A DNA stretch of 64,000 nucleotides from Octopus bimaculoides (taxonomy: Eukaryota), in assembly GCF_001194135.2 (NCBI RefSeq), contig NC_068984.1:82219949-82283948 (forward strand). The letters run 5' to 3'. Positions within the stretch are counted from its first letter, which is position 1, and each line of letters starts with the position of its first letter. Positions 62,661 through 64,000 of the stretch are shown here, piece after piece. The notes beneath the pieces were generated by a model. The model made no database searches. It saw only the letters and a program-made list of their open reading frames with translations, and was not told the origin of the DNA. A program made the position numbers and the translations under genes.

Positions 62661-64000
62661 GGTATTGACACTGCAGAACTTGACTTAAAAATGATATAAC
62701 AGATCCTATCTAGTGGTGCTATTAACTTAGACATAGCATGGGCCGATTTTTGCCTGAAACATATCCAAGTTTATCCAATTTCTATATATTATATATATTA
62801 TCCAATTTCTATATATATATAGAAATTGAATTAGTGGTGAAGCTTGGAAGCTGCTGTGATTGACAAAATGGTGGACTTAAGAATATATTCACCCACTATC
62901 GTGGTTGAATGATATATATATATATAGATAACTTTGCTAGATTTTGGCCAGTATAAGCCAAGGCCATGTCTAACTCAATAGCACCACCTGGTGAAGTCTT
63001 TTAGTCATATATGGGGCACCATAGCCCACTCTATCAAAGAGTTATTATTGTTGGAGACATATCTGGGTGTAGGAGGTTGGTCCAGGATTTTTTGAAGAAA
63101 TTTGTCCAATATATATATAGTTCAAATTTACAGAAAACAAAAGATGAAGACAGGTGATGCAGCAACAAGCAGGTGTATTAGTTTAATGCTCAGGAAGAAT
63201 AGAAAAGTCTTTGAGTCTGCTCTGTTCGACAGAAGGGATTGAGAGGGAAAATAATGGAGAGTGAATGAAAATGTTTGTGTGTGTGTGTAGTTATGTGTGT
63301 ATGCACTACTCCATGGGATAAAAACTTCTTGCTTGAAGATTTTTGACAAAAAATGTTTGCAAGTGTTTTTTTCCTCTTTTCAAAAACAATTTTTTAAGCA
63401 AAATAATAAGGATTTCTTAATTGAGGCACATGCCAATGATTTTGAGGAGAGAGGTTAGTTGATGCTATCAGCCCCCCAATACCAGATGGGTGCTTTACTC
63501 TATTGATCCTGAAAAGTTGAAAGGCAAAGCACTTATAACCATTCAGTCACATAATGAAAGGAAAACACTCAAAGAGAATAGGAAAACCTGCTCTGTCACA
63601 TTAAAAACATAGCAGGCTAGAGGCCTTTGGAAAAAGTGACATAAAGTGTTGTGTTGCGTCATCGTTAAAAACAGAAAATCAACAGTGCATTGTAACACAG
63701 CTGTCTTTGTTAAAGAATAAACATTGTCAAGTGAAAGAGTATTCAGAAAAGGAACATGTAATTGTTCAGGGCCTGTGTTTAAGGTGACTCTGGACAAACC
63801 TTTATGTGACAGAAAACCCTTTGGAGAAAATCCCTTCAGACAAAACATCTAGGACAGAATTTTCTTTTTCAAAACCTCCTCCTTTAAAAGGTAAAGCCAG
63901 ACAAAATCCCTGCTATTAAAAAAGAAAAACCACAAATACATGATAATTAGAATTCCTGCAATTGTTTAGTTTTGATAATTCTAAATTGAAAACCTTAAGA

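Noticed and set aside
1-64000. tRNA, rRNA, CRISPR or operon-like systems
   Set aside because: A-box and B-box matches belong to SINE heads without cloverleaves. I saw no rRNA-like sequence and no repeat-spacer array, and the DNA is eukaryotic intronic or intergenic.

Overview
AT-rich eukaryotic scaffold DNA with 11 N-gaps, many microsatellites and dense repeats. The SINE and LINE families resemble those I recall from octopus genomes, so a coleoid cephalopod source is inferred but not proven. Only one host coding exon is well supported: 61008-61153 (+), encoding the conserved 'MDExxAAxVLTSLSxSP' box of the ZNF704/ZNF395/SLC2A4RG (Drosophila Glut4EF) family. A possible first exon and promoter lie near 22.0-22.3 kb, which would make most of 22.3-61.0 kb one large intron. 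CpG is abundant up to about 27-28 kb and almost absent afterwards, consistent with germline gene-body methylation; one CpG-retaining patch sits near 41.2-41.7 kb. The rest is decayed mobile DNA: several SINE families, CR1/L2-group and RTE LINE fragments, an RLE-type non-LTR fragment, a head-to-tail pair of putative L1/Tx1-like units, a mariner deletion derivative, hAT and foldback MITEs, and Helentron-like elements. The most notable structural signals are three Penelope-type minimal hammerhead-ribozyme folds and two shared LINE/SINE 3' tails. I found no intact novel multi-gene system. Almost all ORFs in the supplied track are microsatellite, N-gap or transposon artefacts.
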